Below are positions 10,146-22,744 of a stretch of DNA of 64,000 nt, one piece after another; within the stretch, counting starts at the first letter, position 1, and each line of letters starts with the position of its first letter. The position numbers were made by a program, and so were the translations under genes. Origin of the DNA: Octopus sinensis. Taxonomy: Eukaryota. Under the pieces are notes generated by a model that was not told where the DNA came from, ran no database searches, and saw only the letters and a program-made list of their open reading frames with translations. The stretch covers positions 9,672,001-9,736,000 of the forward strand of contig NC_043025.1 of the NCBI RefSeq assembly GCF_006345805.1, read 5' to 3'.

Positions 10146-11289
10146 ATTTCTTTACTACCCACAAGGGGTTAAACACAGAGGGGACAAACAAGGACAGACA
10201 AACGGATTAAGTTGATTACATCGACCCCAGTGCGTAACTGGTACTTAATTTATCGACCCCGAAAGGATGAAAGGCAAAGTCGACCTCGGCGGAATTTGAA
10301 TTCAGAACGTAGCGGCAGACGAAATACCTATTTCTTTACTACCCACAAGGGGCTAAACACAGAGGGGACAAACAAGGACAGACAAACGGATTAAGTCGAT
10401 TACATCGACCCCAGTGCGTAACTGGTACTTAATTTATCGACCCCGAAAGGATGAAAGGCAAAGTTGACCTCGGCAGAATTTGAACTCAGAACGTAGCGGC
10501 AGACGAAATACCTATTTCTTTACTACCCACAAGGGGTTAAACACAGAGGGGACAAACAAGGACAGACAAACGGATTAAGTCGATTACATCGACCCCAGTG
10601 AACTGGTACTTAATTTATCGACCCCGAAAGGATGAAAGGCAAAGTCGACCTCGGCAGAATTTGAACTCAGAACGTAGCGGCAGACGAAATACCTATTTCT
10701 TTACTACCCACAAGGGGTTAAACACAGAGGGGACAAACAAGGACAGACAAACGGATTAAGTCGATTACATCGACCCCAGTGCGTAACTGGTACTTAATTT
10801 ATCGACCCCGAAAGGATGAAAGGCAAAGTCGACCTCGGCAGAATTTGAACTCAGAACGTAGCGGCAGACGAAATACCTATTTCTTTATTACCCACAAGGG
10901 GCTAAACACAGAGGGGACAAACAAGGACAGACATAGGTATTAAGTCGATTATATCGACCCCAGTGCATAACTGGTACTTAATTTATCGAACCCGAAAGGA
11001 TGAAAGGCAAAGTCGACCTCGGCAGAATCTGAACTCAGAACGTAGCGGCAGACGAAATACCTATTTCTTTATTACCCACAAGGGGCTAAACACAGAGGGG
11101 ACAAACAAGGACAGACAAACGGATGATTAAGTCAATTACATCGACCCCAGTGAACTGGTACTTAATTTATCGACCCCGAAAGGATGAAAGGCAAAGTCGA
11201 CCTCGGCGGAATTTGAACTCAGAACGTAGGGGCAGACAAAATACCGCTAAGCATTTCGCCCGGCATGCTAACGTTTCTGCCAGCTCGCC
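10146..11289 (-). mobile_element. Tandem array of six SINE family C units (Meta-domain-like), only the first with a complete head
   Basis: Units start at 10146, 10330, 10514, 10695, 10879, 11063 (181-184 bp); core GAGGTCGACTTTGCCTTTCATCCTTTCGGGGTCGATAAATTAAGTACC; monomer at 43247-43475. Confidence 0.88.
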
Positions 11290-11364
11290 GCCTTTAGAAT
11301 TAATAGTAATGCTCACTGCAAGATATGTGAACTAATAGTAATAAGAATTAATAGTAATACTCAC

Positions 11365-11474
11365 TGCAAGATATGTGACCAACGCCGATGCTATAATTGA
11401 GATGATCGCATTAAAACCAATCCATACCAAGGCTGGCGTGTACAGGCACTTATCTTCAACACATTTGTCGATGA
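11365..11474 (-). CDS. CLCN7: CLC-7-like coding exon ((F)IDKCVEDKCLYTPALVWIGFNAIISIIASALVTYLA)
   Basis: AG acceptor, GCA|GTGAGT donor, 110 nt phase 1-0; joins the flanking exons in frame. Confidence 0.92.
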
Positions 11475-11531
11475 CTTATCAAGAAATTATGTTAAGGACA
11501 ATCATAATTATAAAGTACATTTTCATCATAA

Positions 11532-12213
11532 TCTTTATATATAAAGTTGTGTGAGAGTCTGTCTACTCCAATTTAGATTCCTAGCTACTCTCACATTTTG
11601 CGGTGCAGTTTAACCAAAACCGGGTATCTTATAGTCGTGATTCATATCGAGCCCTTCTGGGTATTAGCGCGCGTCTACGATGAGTCTACAATTTTAAAAA
11701 TAATTTACCATCATTTTTTTCCATTTTCATGAATATTTTTTAAAGGGAAGTAACTCTCTAAAAATGTCTACGATGAGTCAACGATTTAAAAAAAAATTTA
11801 CCATCATATTTTTTCCATTTTTAATGCATTTTTTGGCTATAACTCTCTAAAAATGCTTATATAGTTATTTCCCTTACAAACCCGAGCAACTCCGGGCGAT
11901 ACTGCTAGTCTTTATATATAAAAGTGAAGTTGTGTGAGTGTCTGTCTCCTACGATTTAGATTCCTAACTACTCCCACATTTTGCGGTGCAGTTTAACCAA
12001 AAGCGGGTATCTTATAGTCATGATTCATATCAAGCCCTTCTGGGTATTAGTGCGCGTCTACGATGAGTCTACGATTTTAAAAAAAATTTACCATAATTTT
12101 TCTGCATTTTTAATGCATTTTTCGCTCGGTTTATATAAGGGAAGTAACTCTCTAAAACTGCTTATATAGTTATTTCCTTTACAAACCCCAGCAACGCCGG
12201 GCAATACTGCTAG
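11532..12213 (+). mobile_element. Helitron family H1, head-to-tail dimer
   Basis: A|TC start, CTAG|TC junction at 11908/11909, CTAG|T end, subterminal CCCGAGCAAC.CCGGG hairpin. Confidence 0.9.
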
Positions 12214-12295
12214 TAATTAATAACATAATGTGGCAGTCCTGGTTAGGATGAATATTACTGTTGTCTTAGCCCCAGGAATTGTCTTCAGCTGGCTT

Positions 12296-12445
12296 TATGA
12301 CACCGGGCAAAATGCTTAGTGGTATTTCGCCCATCACTACATTCTGAGTTCAAATTCTGCCGAGGTCGACTTTGCCTTTCCTCCTTTCGGTGTCGATATG
12401 ATCGACTTACCCACTCCCCTAAAATTTCAAGCCTTTTGCCTACAA
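12296..12445 (+). mobile_element. SINE family C, partial
   Basis: Contains GAGTTCAAATTCTGCCGAGGTCGACTTTGCCTTTC core. Confidence 0.7.
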
Positions 12446-12487
12446 TAGAAAGTATTATTATTATTATTATATTATTATTATTATTAT

Positions 12488-12800
12488 TACCTCCACTTTA
12501 GTGAAGGTGGAGGTGTTGTTTTCAGTGATGTTTGTTTGTCCATGGACAAGATATCCAAGAACCGTTTGATGGATTCAGATGAAACGTTCAGGAATCTTTG
12601 GCTTCATGGCTGGCACAAGCTGATTACATTTTGAGATTGATCCGGTACTGGACAAGGATTTTGGATTTTTTTTTTCCACCTTTTTACTTAATTTTTAAGA
12701 GCAGTCAGGTTCATTTTTAGTATTCTCGTTTGTGAGAGCAGTTGAGTTTATTTCATATATTCTCATTTTAAAGATCATCTCTGGCTAATCATTGAGAGGA
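12488..12800 (+). mobile_element. Possible Helentron/HINE-like non-autonomous element
   Basis: Begins after (ATT)n with ACCTCC...GGAGGT subterminal IR then GTTTGTTTGTCC tract; pattern recognition only. Confidence 0.45.
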
Positions 12801-13094
12801 CATTGGTTTGCGCTCTCTGGGTGCTCTTATCATTATTATTATTATTATCATTATTATTATTATTATCATTATTATTATTATTATTGTGTGAGAGAGCAGA
12901 GCATGCCATCAAAGTGACACTGGGGTAAAATATATGAAGCCCAATATACCCATCGTGAATACCCATCTGATAAGGGTACACCAGGCACATGCATCACAAC
13001 CATATGTGCGCGACATGGTGATCTCATATCAAGGTAAACAGCGCATGACCTTGCAGGTGGGGCCCAGTTAGAATTTTCTTCAGGTCGAGTAGCC

Positions 13095-13145
<51 letters not shown>

Positions 13146-13284
13146 TATGTTTGACTTTTGCTTTACATTTGCACAAGCTGGCTCCAAGTCTCACCCAGAG
13201 ACCTCAAGAGACAACAAGTTGGAAGTTCATGTTGGTGTTATGCCTAGGGTGCCATATATTTGGTTTTGTACTTAGTGTTATACT

Positions 13285-13681
13285 ATTATTATTATTATTA
13301 TTATTATCTTTTTTTTTCTTCTTTCAAATTTGCTTCCATTTCTTGCCGAGTGTCTTCCCGACTCCTAGGGCAAAGAAACTCATAGTATACATTGGTAGGC
13401 CATTAAACTAAACTTACTAGTTTGTTCACTTTTTTTTTTTAAGTTAAATTAAAATACATGGGCAGTAACAGCTCTCACATCGACAGTGCTCTTCTTAATA
13501 CGTGTGATGTACCAGTTAAGACAATCTTTTGCACTTCTTGCAGGGATGGTAAGCCAGGGATCATTCTCATATAATTTTCAGTTCCCTTCTTGATCATACC
13601 TAGTGCTCCTACGATCACTGGTATTGTAACCGCCTTGAGATGCCACATTTTCTCAATTTCAATGAGCAGGTCTTTATATTT
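13285..13681 (-). mobile_element. R4-clade-like non-LTR retrotransposon 3' end (restriction-like endonuclease C-terminus)
   Basis: 13475-13681 translates KYKDLLIEIEKMWHLKAVTIPVIVGALGMIKKG...QKIVLTGTSHVLRRALSM*; followed by 3' UTR and (TAA)n tail. Confidence 0.8.
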
Positions 13682-13805
13682 TATATTTTATTATTATTAT
13701 TATTATTATTATTATAATATATCGTTCACTAGATAACAATGGCATTTTAAAATTTTAATTTTGACTATATCTTCTGAAGGAGTTACCTCAATCCTTTATA
13801 TATTA

Positions 13806-14335
13806 TCATCATCATCATTTAACGTCCGCTTTCCATGCTAGCATGGGTTGGACGGTTCAACTGGGGTCTGGGGAGCCCGAAGGCTGCACCAGGCCAGTCA
13901 GATCTGGCAGTGTTTCTACAGCTGGATGCCCTTCCTAACGCCAACCACTCCGAGAGTGTAGTGGGTGATTTTATGTGCCACCGACACAGGTGCCAGACGA
14001 GGCTGGCGAACGGCCACGCTCGGATGGTGTTTTTTATGTGCCACCGACACAGGTGCCAGACGAGGCTGGCAGACGGCCACGCTCGGCTGGTGTTTTTTAT
14101 GTGCCACCGACACAGGTGCCAGATGAGGCTGGTGAACGGCCACGATCGGATGGTGTTTGTTACGTGCCCACAGCATGGAGGCCAGTCAATGCGGTACTGG
14201 CTACGGCCACGTTCAGATGGTTTTCTTGTGTGCCACCAGCACCGGTACCATAAAGGATACAAATTCCATTGATGTTCATCTATTTTGATTTGGTATTATT
14301 ATTATTATCACTACTACTACTACTACTACGATCTG
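13806..14335 (-). mobile_element. RTE 3'-UTR-derived copy
   Basis: Same family as 4651-5162. Confidence 0.88.
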
Positions 14336-14569
14336 AGATAGTAGTGTTCTTATTTCATGGAATCTTTATCAAGTGAAAATATGCGGAAGATCTTTGTTTT
14401 ATGGAGAACTTGGAAATAGCTTCTCTCCATTAATGCTTTTTTTTTTTTGTGTGTTTCCTCACCTGGGATTAAGAAAAAAAAGAAAAAGATTTTTGTTTGC
14501 GAAGAAAACTAAATTCTTTTCTATGGCTTGTGAATAACAAAATAGCAACAGTGAAAAATATGCTTTACC

Positions 14570-15790
14570 ACCACCACCACCAACAACAATAACAACACAA
14601 CCACTACCACCACCACCAACAACAATAACAACACAACCACTACCACCACCACCAACAACAATAACACACAACCACTACCACCACACCAACAACAATAACA
14701 CACAACCACTACCACCACCACCACCAACAACAATAACACAACACAACCACTACCACCACACCAACAAAATAACAACAACACAACCACTACCACTACCAAC
14801 ACTACCAAACAATAACACACAACCACACTACCACCTACCACCACCACCAACAACAATAACAACACAACCACTACCACCACTACCAACAACAATAACAACA
14901 CAACCACTACCACCACCACCAACAACAATAACAACACAACCACTACCACCACCACCAACAACAATAACAACACAACCACTACCACCACCACCAACAACAA
15001 TAACAACACAACCACTACCACCACCACCAACAACAATAACAACACAACCACTACCACCACCACCAACAACAATAACACCAAACTACTACCACCAACACAA
15101 CAACAACACAACCACCACCACCACCACCACCAACAACAATAACAACACAACCACTACCACCACCACCAACAACAATAACAACACAACCACTACCACCACC
15201 ACCAACAACAATAACAACACAACCACTACCACCACCACCAACAACAATAACACACACCACTAACCCACCCCCCCCACCCCCACCCAACAACAAACAAAAA
15301 AACCACCCCCCACAATACAACACAAACCACTACCACACCACCAACAACAATAACAACACACCCCTACCCCAACCACCACCACCACCATCACAACTACCAC
15401 CACCACCACCACAACCACCACCACCATCATCACCACGACCATCACCACAACTATCACAACAACCACCAACACAACCACCACCATCACAACAACCACCAAC
15501 ACCACCACCACCATCACCACCACCACCATCACCAACACCACCCACCACCACCATCACAACCACTACCACCATCACAACCACCACCACCATCACAACCACC
15601 ACCACCACCACCACCACCATCCCCACCACCACTACCATTGCCACCACTACAGCCACTATCACTGTCAGCACCAGCACCATCAACAACACAACCATCATTA
15701 CCATCGTTAGTACCTACATACCACCACCACCACTACCATCATCACCACCACTACTATCACTACTACCAACACCATCCCCACCATCCCCAC
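14570..15790. repeat. CAA/CCA-rich minisatellite (36-nt unit ACCACTACCACCACCACCAACAACAATAACAACACA) grading into (CCA)n/(CAT)n
   Basis: Direct inspection. Confidence 0.92.
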
Positions 15791-15926
15791 CACAATGGAA
15801 GGAAATTTCAAGCGAAAACAAAGTAAATTGAATTCCCGAAAAGAAGAATTTTTTGTTTTTGTGTGTTTTTTGCAAGAAAAATAATTTCTCACCGAAAACA
15901 ACAGCAGCTACAACATCTTTCGTACA

Positions 15927-16410
15927 CATCATCATCATCATCATTATCATTGTCATCATCATCATCTTTATCATCATTGTTGTTGTCGTCATCATTTCCG
16001 TCATCACTATTGTCAACATCCCCTTCCCCCTCCTCCTCTTCCCCTTCCTCATCATCACCATCATCACCATTACCATCACCACCACCATCATCACCATCAT
16101 CATCATCATCATTTCCGTCATCACTATCATCAACATCCTCTTCCCCTTCCTCCTCCTCTTCCTCATCATCACCATCATCACCATCACCATCATCATCATC
16201 ATCATCATTACAGTCATCATCACCATCATCATCATCATCACCTTTATCATCATCGTCATCATCATCATCATCATCTCTATCATCAACATCCTCTTCCTTG
16301 TCATCATCATCATCACTACCAACACCATCACCACCACCATCATCACCATCATCATCATCATCATTACCGTCATCATCGTCATCATTATCGTCATCATCAT
16401 CGTCATCATC
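15927..16410. repeat. Degenerate (CAT)n tract
   Basis: Direct inspection. Confidence 0.95.
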
Positions 16411-16624
16411 ACACTTAAAAAAAAGGGAGACAGACAGACCGGATGAAGGAGAGATAAAGACCCGAAGAAGGGGACAGACAGACCTGGGGGGGAGAGAGAC
16501 AATGAATACCATTGTGGAGGGCATGGATGGCAATAAAAGAACGTCAGCGAACCAAGCTGATTGATTGATTGATTAACTGGCTGGACAGACATACAGACAG
16601 ACAGATTGAAAGAGAAAAGGATAC

Positions 16625-16760
16625 AGTGTTTAATTAATTTAAACTTGTAATAGGCACCATATTCCACTGCTAATTGGATGAGCAAAGCAACCAGAGCGGT
16701 CGCTATTCCGGTCATCAACATTACAAAGTAACGACTCAGCCAGGTTTTGCGTACTTCTTT
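16625..16760 (-). CDS. CLCN7: CLC-7-like coding exon (KEVRKTWLSRYFVMLMTGIATALVALLIQLAVEYGAYYKFKLIKH)
   Basis: TTTCTCATTTCAG acceptor, GTATCC donor, 136 nt phase 0-1; encodes the first hydrophobic helix. Confidence 0.9.
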
Positions 16761-16818
16761 CTGAAATGAGAAAAATTTCCAGTTTTATTAACATTCACTG
16801 ATTGGAGATACATACACA

Positions 16819-18421
16819 TCTATATATATAAAAGTGAGGTTGTGTGAGAGTCTGTCTATTCCGATTTAGATTCCTAACTACTCCCACATTTTGCAGTGCA
16901 GTTTAACCAAAACCGGGTATCTTATAGTCGTGATTAATATCGAGCCCGTCTGAGTATTAGCGCGCGTCTACGATGAGTCTACGATTTAAAAAATAATTTA
17001 ACATCATTTTTTATTCCATTTTAATGCATAATTTTTCGTGTGTCGATAGCGGCGGAGTTGGCGTCCACGCTCAAACACCTGCACCTGTGTTTGCTTCTCC
17101 CCCTTCTTCCCTCCCTCATGAAGCTGTGGGGAAGGGAGTTTAAGGAAATCAATGTCGTAAAGCGTTGTCAAGGAGACCAGCATTCTTTTAGAACAACGAC
17201 TTCATGGCTTGAAGACACCAAAACAGAAATGGCTAAGAAAGCCCGAATTGGCATCTATAAGGGAAGTAACTCTCTAAAAATGCTTATATAGTTATTTCCC
17301 TTACAAACCCAAGCAACGCCGGGCGATACTGCTAGTCTATATATATAAAAGTGAGGTTGTGTGAGAGTCTGTCTCCTACGATTTGGATTCCTAACTACTC
17401 CCACATTTTGCGGTGCAGTTTAACCAAAACCGGGTATCTTATAGTCGTGATTCATATCGAGCCCTTCTGGGTATTAGCGCGCGTCTACGATGAGTCTACG
17501 ATTTAAAAAAAAATTTACCATAATTTTTTTCCATTTTAATGCATTTTTTTGCTATTTTTTGGCTATAACTCTCTAAAAATGCTTATATAGTTATTTCCCT
17601 TACAAACCCGAGCAAAATATATAAAAGTGAAGTTGTGTGTCTGCCTCCTACGATTTAGATTCCTAACTACTCCCACATTTTGCGGTGCAGTTTAACCAAA
17701 ACCGGGTATCTTGTAGTCGTGATTCATATCGAGCCCTTCTGGGTAGTAGCATGCGTCTATGATTAGTCTACGATTTAAAAAAAAATTTACCATAATTTTT
17801 TCCATTTTAATGCATTTTTCGCTATTATATAAGGGAAGTAACTCTCTAAAAATGTCTACGATGAGTCTACGATTTAAAAAAAATTTACCATCATTTTTTT
17901 CCATTTTAATGCATTTTTTTGTTATTTTTTGGCTATAACTCTCTAACAGTGCTTATATAGTTATTTCCCTTACAAACCCGAGCAACGCCGGGTGATACTG
18001 CTAGTCTTTATATATAAAAGTGAAGTTGTGTGTCTGTCTCCTACGATTTAGATTCCTAACTACTCCCACATTTTGCGGTGCAGTTTAACCAAAAGCGGGT
18101 ATCTTATAGTCGTGATTCATATCGAGCCCTTCTGGGTATTAGTGCGCGTCTACGATGAGTCTACGATTTAAAAAAAAAATTTACCATAATTTTTCTGCAT
18201 TTTTAATGCATTTTTCGCTCGGTTTATATAAGGGAAGTAACTCTCTAAAACTGCTTATATAGTTATTTCCCTTACAAACCCGAGCAACGCCGGGTGATAC
18301 TGCTAGTCTTTATATATAAAAGTGAAGTTGTGTGTCTGTCTCCTACGATTTAGATTCCTAACTACTCCCACATTTTGCGATGCAGTTTAACCAAAACCGG
18401 GTATCTTATAGTCGTGATTCA
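16819..18421 (+). mobile_element. Helitron H1 tandem array (five units, two truncated)
   Basis: A|TC at 16819; CTAG|TC junctions at 17335, 18004 and 18306; unit 1 carries ~215 bp of extra sequence. Confidence 0.9.
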
Positions 18422-18628
18422 TGTTCCAAAGTATATTATAGACTGTATATTTAATAAAATGTACATGTCTGAATATCTCAAGAGTGGATTCTATACTCAG
18501 CTGGGTCAAATTGTCTGCATGCACTACAGCATAACCAGTGGTGTGGCGTCATTCGAAGGCTAAAAAACAATGCGAACGCATTGTGACTAGTGATGTGTAA
18601 CAACATCTGATGGTCTGTTAAAAAAAAA

Positions 18629-18660
<32 letters not shown>

Positions 18661-18661
<1 letters not shown>

Positions 18662-18962
18662 GAGGCGCAATGGCCCAGTGGTTAGGGCAGCAGACTCGCA
18701 GTTGTAGGATTGCGGTTTTGTTTCCCAGACTGGGCGTTGTGAGTGTTTATTGAGCGAAAACACCTAAAGCTCTGGCAGGGGCTGGTGGTGATCCCTGCTG
18801 TACTCTTTCACCACAACTTTCCCTCACTCTTTCTTCTGTTGGCCTGCTCGCTTAACCAGCGGGGTGGTGTCATTTGAAGGCGAAAACAATGTGAAGCGCA
18901 TTGTGACCAGCGATGTGTAGCAACATCTAATAGCCTGGTCGGTCACGGTGATCATGGTGATA
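18661..18962 (+). mobile_element. SINE family B (B2 tail), with an isolated tail fragment at ~18520-18620
   Basis: Head and tail as at 5981-6286. Confidence 0.85.
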
Positions 18963-19424
18963 TATATATATATATATATATACATACACACATAATCAAA
19001 ATAAAGTGAAACAAAACAGGAAAAAAATAACAAAACTGAAGCACCTCTCATCAGCCATAGGAACCAGAATTAGCATAGTTTTGGCACACTTAAATCTGAG
19101 GATTCAATCCTATGGAACTACACTACTCCTCTAGAGGAACTAAAACTGATAAATTACTGCTGAGATGGTACAAAGGGAAAATAAAACCATGAAGGTGAAC
19201 TACATATCAAGCAAAAATATTAGAACGAAGACACAAATAATAATAGGTACTGTCTTTCAGCCAGCAAAGAAAGTAGGGTTAACCGTATATATTTTCCCCA
19301 TTTAAATAAATGGTTAAGTTTCATACATGTGTGTGTCTGTGTCCTCTTATTACTGATATCTTTAAAAGAGCATAATACCTTGTTTAACAGATTTACAATT
19401 TCTACGGTACCAAGGGACAACTGT

Positions 19425-19880
19425 CTATCATATTGTGCGTGTGTGTGCATCTGTGTTTGTTGGTGGATCAGTGTGTGTGCATGTATGAGTGTTTGTGTGT
19501 GTGTTTGCGTGTCTGTGTGTGTATATATCTGTGAGTGTTTGTGCGTGTGTTTATCTGTGCTTGCTTCTGTGTGTGTGAACATTTGTGCCAGTATCCGTAT
19601 GTATAATTGTGTGTGTGTGTGTATATAGATACATATTTTCACACATACACGTATGCACACACACACACACACACAACACACACATACACACATATAATCA
19701 AAATAAAGTGAGATGAAATGTATGAGCCTTAAGTGTGCGTGTGTTTTTGTGTATACGAGTATTTGTGCCTATGTTTGTAACTGTCAGTATGTTGTGAAGT
19801 GTCCATGGCTTCATGTGTGTTTGTATGTGTATGTGGTTGCAGGTTTGTCTCTGTGTGCTTTTGTCTTTGTATCTGTATAC

Positions 19881-19914
<34 letters not shown>

Positions 19915-19915
19915 T
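19425..19915. repeat. Degenerate (TG)n tracts
   Basis: Direct inspection. Confidence 0.85.
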
Positions 19916-20015
19916 GTGACTACTTAAGTTTGATGCCACTGTCATGTTCACTTCCTCACAGGAAGATCACATCGATAGAACAGTCAAGAGCAGAGATAAA
20001 TATTAAATGTAAATA

Positions 20016-20395
20016 GGCACAGGAGTGGCTGTGTGGTAAGTAGCTTGTTTACCAACCACATGGTTCCGGGTTCAGTCCCACTGCGTGGCACCTTGGGCAA
20101 GTGTCTTCTACTATAGCCTCGGGCTGACCAAAGCCTTGTGAGTGGATTTGGTAGATGGAAACTGAAAGAAGCTTGTCTTATATATATATTTATGTGTGTG
20201 TGTTTGTGTGTCTGTGTTTGTCCCCCTAGCATTGCTTGACAACCGATGCTGGTGTGCTTATGTCCCCGTTGCTTAGCGGTTCGGCAAAAGACACCGATAG
20301 AATAAGTACTGGGCTTACAAAGAATAAGTCCCGGGGTCGATTTGCTCGACTAAAGGCGGTGCTCCAGCATGGCCGCAGTCAAAATGACTGAAAAG
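20016..20395 (+). mobile_element. SINE family A
   Basis: Full length. Confidence 0.9.
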
Positions 20396-20483
20396 TGTAC
20401 AAGTGTAAGTGTAAACCATCTTGTGTAGAATACTCTTTCCCTCATTCATTTAACATACATTAACATCTGTATGTATATGCACG

Positions 20484-20484
<1 letters not shown>

Positions 20485-20524
<40 letters not shown>

Positions 20525-20586
20525 TGTGTGGCGTGCATGTGTGTGTGAGAAAGTGAGTGCATATTCATATAAATATATATACATAC

Positions 20587-20617
<31 letters not shown>

Positions 20618-20694
20618 TTATATATATGTATGTATATATATATATGTATGTATATATATATATATGTTATATATATGTATATATATATATATAT

Positions 20695-20727
<33 letters not shown>

Positions 20728-20733
20728 CTATAT

Positions 20734-20764
<31 letters not shown>

Positions 20765-20815
20765 TATATATGTATATATATATATGTATATATATATATG
20801 TATAATATATATATG

Positions 20816-20849
<34 letters not shown>

Positions 20850-20916
20850 GTATATATATGTATATATATATATATATTATATATATATGTGTATATATAT
20901 ATATAATATATATATG

Positions 20917-20947
<31 letters not shown>

Positions 20948-20975
20948 TATGATATATATATATATGTGTGTATAC
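20485..20975. repeat. (TA)n microsatellite
   Basis: Direct inspection. Confidence 0.97.
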
Positions 20976-21266
20976 ACAAATACACCTACATATATAGATT
21001 TGTATATAGTGCAAAATTATACACAAAGAATGAAGAACAAGGCTGAGACAGGTGAGAGAAAAAAAGCAGCAGCAAGGTGTATTGTCTTGGCAATTAGGAA
21101 AATGGAAGAAGTCTCTGACATTTTTGAGCTGACACATCTTCAGCGGATAACAACGAGGAGAGAAAATAGATGAAGAGGCGGCGTGGGAGGGAGAAGATGT
21201 AACTGAGAGAAAATAACGTGTTTGGATTAACAGTTGTACATTATGGATGAATGTATACATGCATAA

Positions 21267-22165
21267 GGAGGCGCAATGGCCCAGTGGTTAGGGCAGCGGA
21301 CTCGCGGTCGTAGGATCGCAGTTTCGATTCCCAGACCGGGCGTTGTGAGTGTTTATTGAGCGAAAACACCTAAAAGCTCCATGAGGCTCCGGCAGGGGAT
21401 GGTGGTGATCCCTGCTGTACTCTTTCACCACAAACTTTCTTTCACTCCACTCTTACTTCCTGTTTCTATTGTACCTGTATTTCAAAGGGCCGGCCTTGTC
21501 ACTCTCTGTGTCACGCTGAATATCCCCGAGATGACCCAGTGGTTAGGGCAGCGGACTTGCGGTCGTAGGATTGCGGTTTCGATTCGCAGACCGGGCGTTG
21601 TGAGTGTTTATTGTGCGAAAACACCTAAAGCTCCACGAGGCTCCGGCAGGGGATGGTGGTGATCCCTGCGTACTCTTTTCACCATTTCTCACACAACTTT
21701 CTCTCACTCTTTCTTCCTGTTTCTGTTGTACCTGTATTTCAAGGGGCCAGCCTTGTCACTCTGTGTGTCACGCTGAATATCCCCGAGATGACCCAGTGGT
21801 TAGGGCAGCGGACTCGCGGTCGTAGGATCGCGGTTTCGATTCCCAGACCGGGCGTTGTGAGTGTTTATTGTGCGAAAACACCTAAAGCTCCACGAGGCTC
21901 CGGCAGGGGATGGTGGTGATCCCTGCTGTACTCTTTCGCACAACTTTCTCTCACTCTTACTCTTCTGCTTCCTGTTTCTGTTGTACCTGTATTTCAAAGG
22001 GCCGGCCTTGTCACTCTCTGTGTCACGCTGAATATCCCCGAGAACTACGTTAAGGGTGCACGTCTCTGTGGAGTGCTCAGCCACTTACACGTTAATTTCA
22101 CGAGCAGGCTGTTCCGTTGATTTGGATCAACAGGAACCCTCATCGTTGTAACCGACGGAGTGCTT
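21267..22165 (+). mobile_element. SINE family B trimer (B1 tail on the last unit only)
   Basis: Three head+body units joined at CCCCGAGA|TGACCCAGTGG. Confidence 0.88.
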
Positions 22166-22744
22166 CCACCATACATGCATACCTATAAAGGTACGCACAT
22201 TTATATATTTTTGGCCATATGTGAGTTACAAATACTGTTGTCTGTGGAGACATATTTTTGTAGTAAAAGGAAATAGTAATCCTTTAGCTGCTATTTCTAA
22301 AATTTTCGGTAGGTGGTTAAGCAACTTGTTGCAAAAAACCCTGATTTTTATAATTATATAAGTTTTTACCGAATATGGTCCTTTTCCATACCAAAATACT
22401 ACTAGGTGAAATTTGTTGATCTTATTAAACGTTTTATTTACTATTTTGCACGTTACTTAATCATCGTTATGTTTTATCTTATATTTAATCTTTCTCTAAT
22501 ATGTAATTTTTCTAAATGGTATAATTTAATTTTTCATTATTTAATTGATAAAAGGTGGGGGTTTTTCTAATTTATATATATATATATATATATGTATATG
22601 TCTGTATATTTAGGGATAAACCACTAGGTGGATAACCAATATGCTAGAAGATCACATATGATCTAACTACAAATAAAAAAATGTTCTCCAGAGAAAAATT
22701 CAGCGATGTATATGTGTATGTATATATATATATATATATATATT

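Noticed and set aside
10146-11289. Regular 184-bp array resembling CRISPR
   Set aside because: Units are near-identical along their whole length with no unique spacers; eukaryotic SINE sequence
15714-16721. 335-aa ORF and the overlapping poly-Asp, poly-Ser and poly-Ile ORFs
   Set aside because: Only the first ~32 codons belong to the real CLC exon; the rest is read-through into (CAT)n intron
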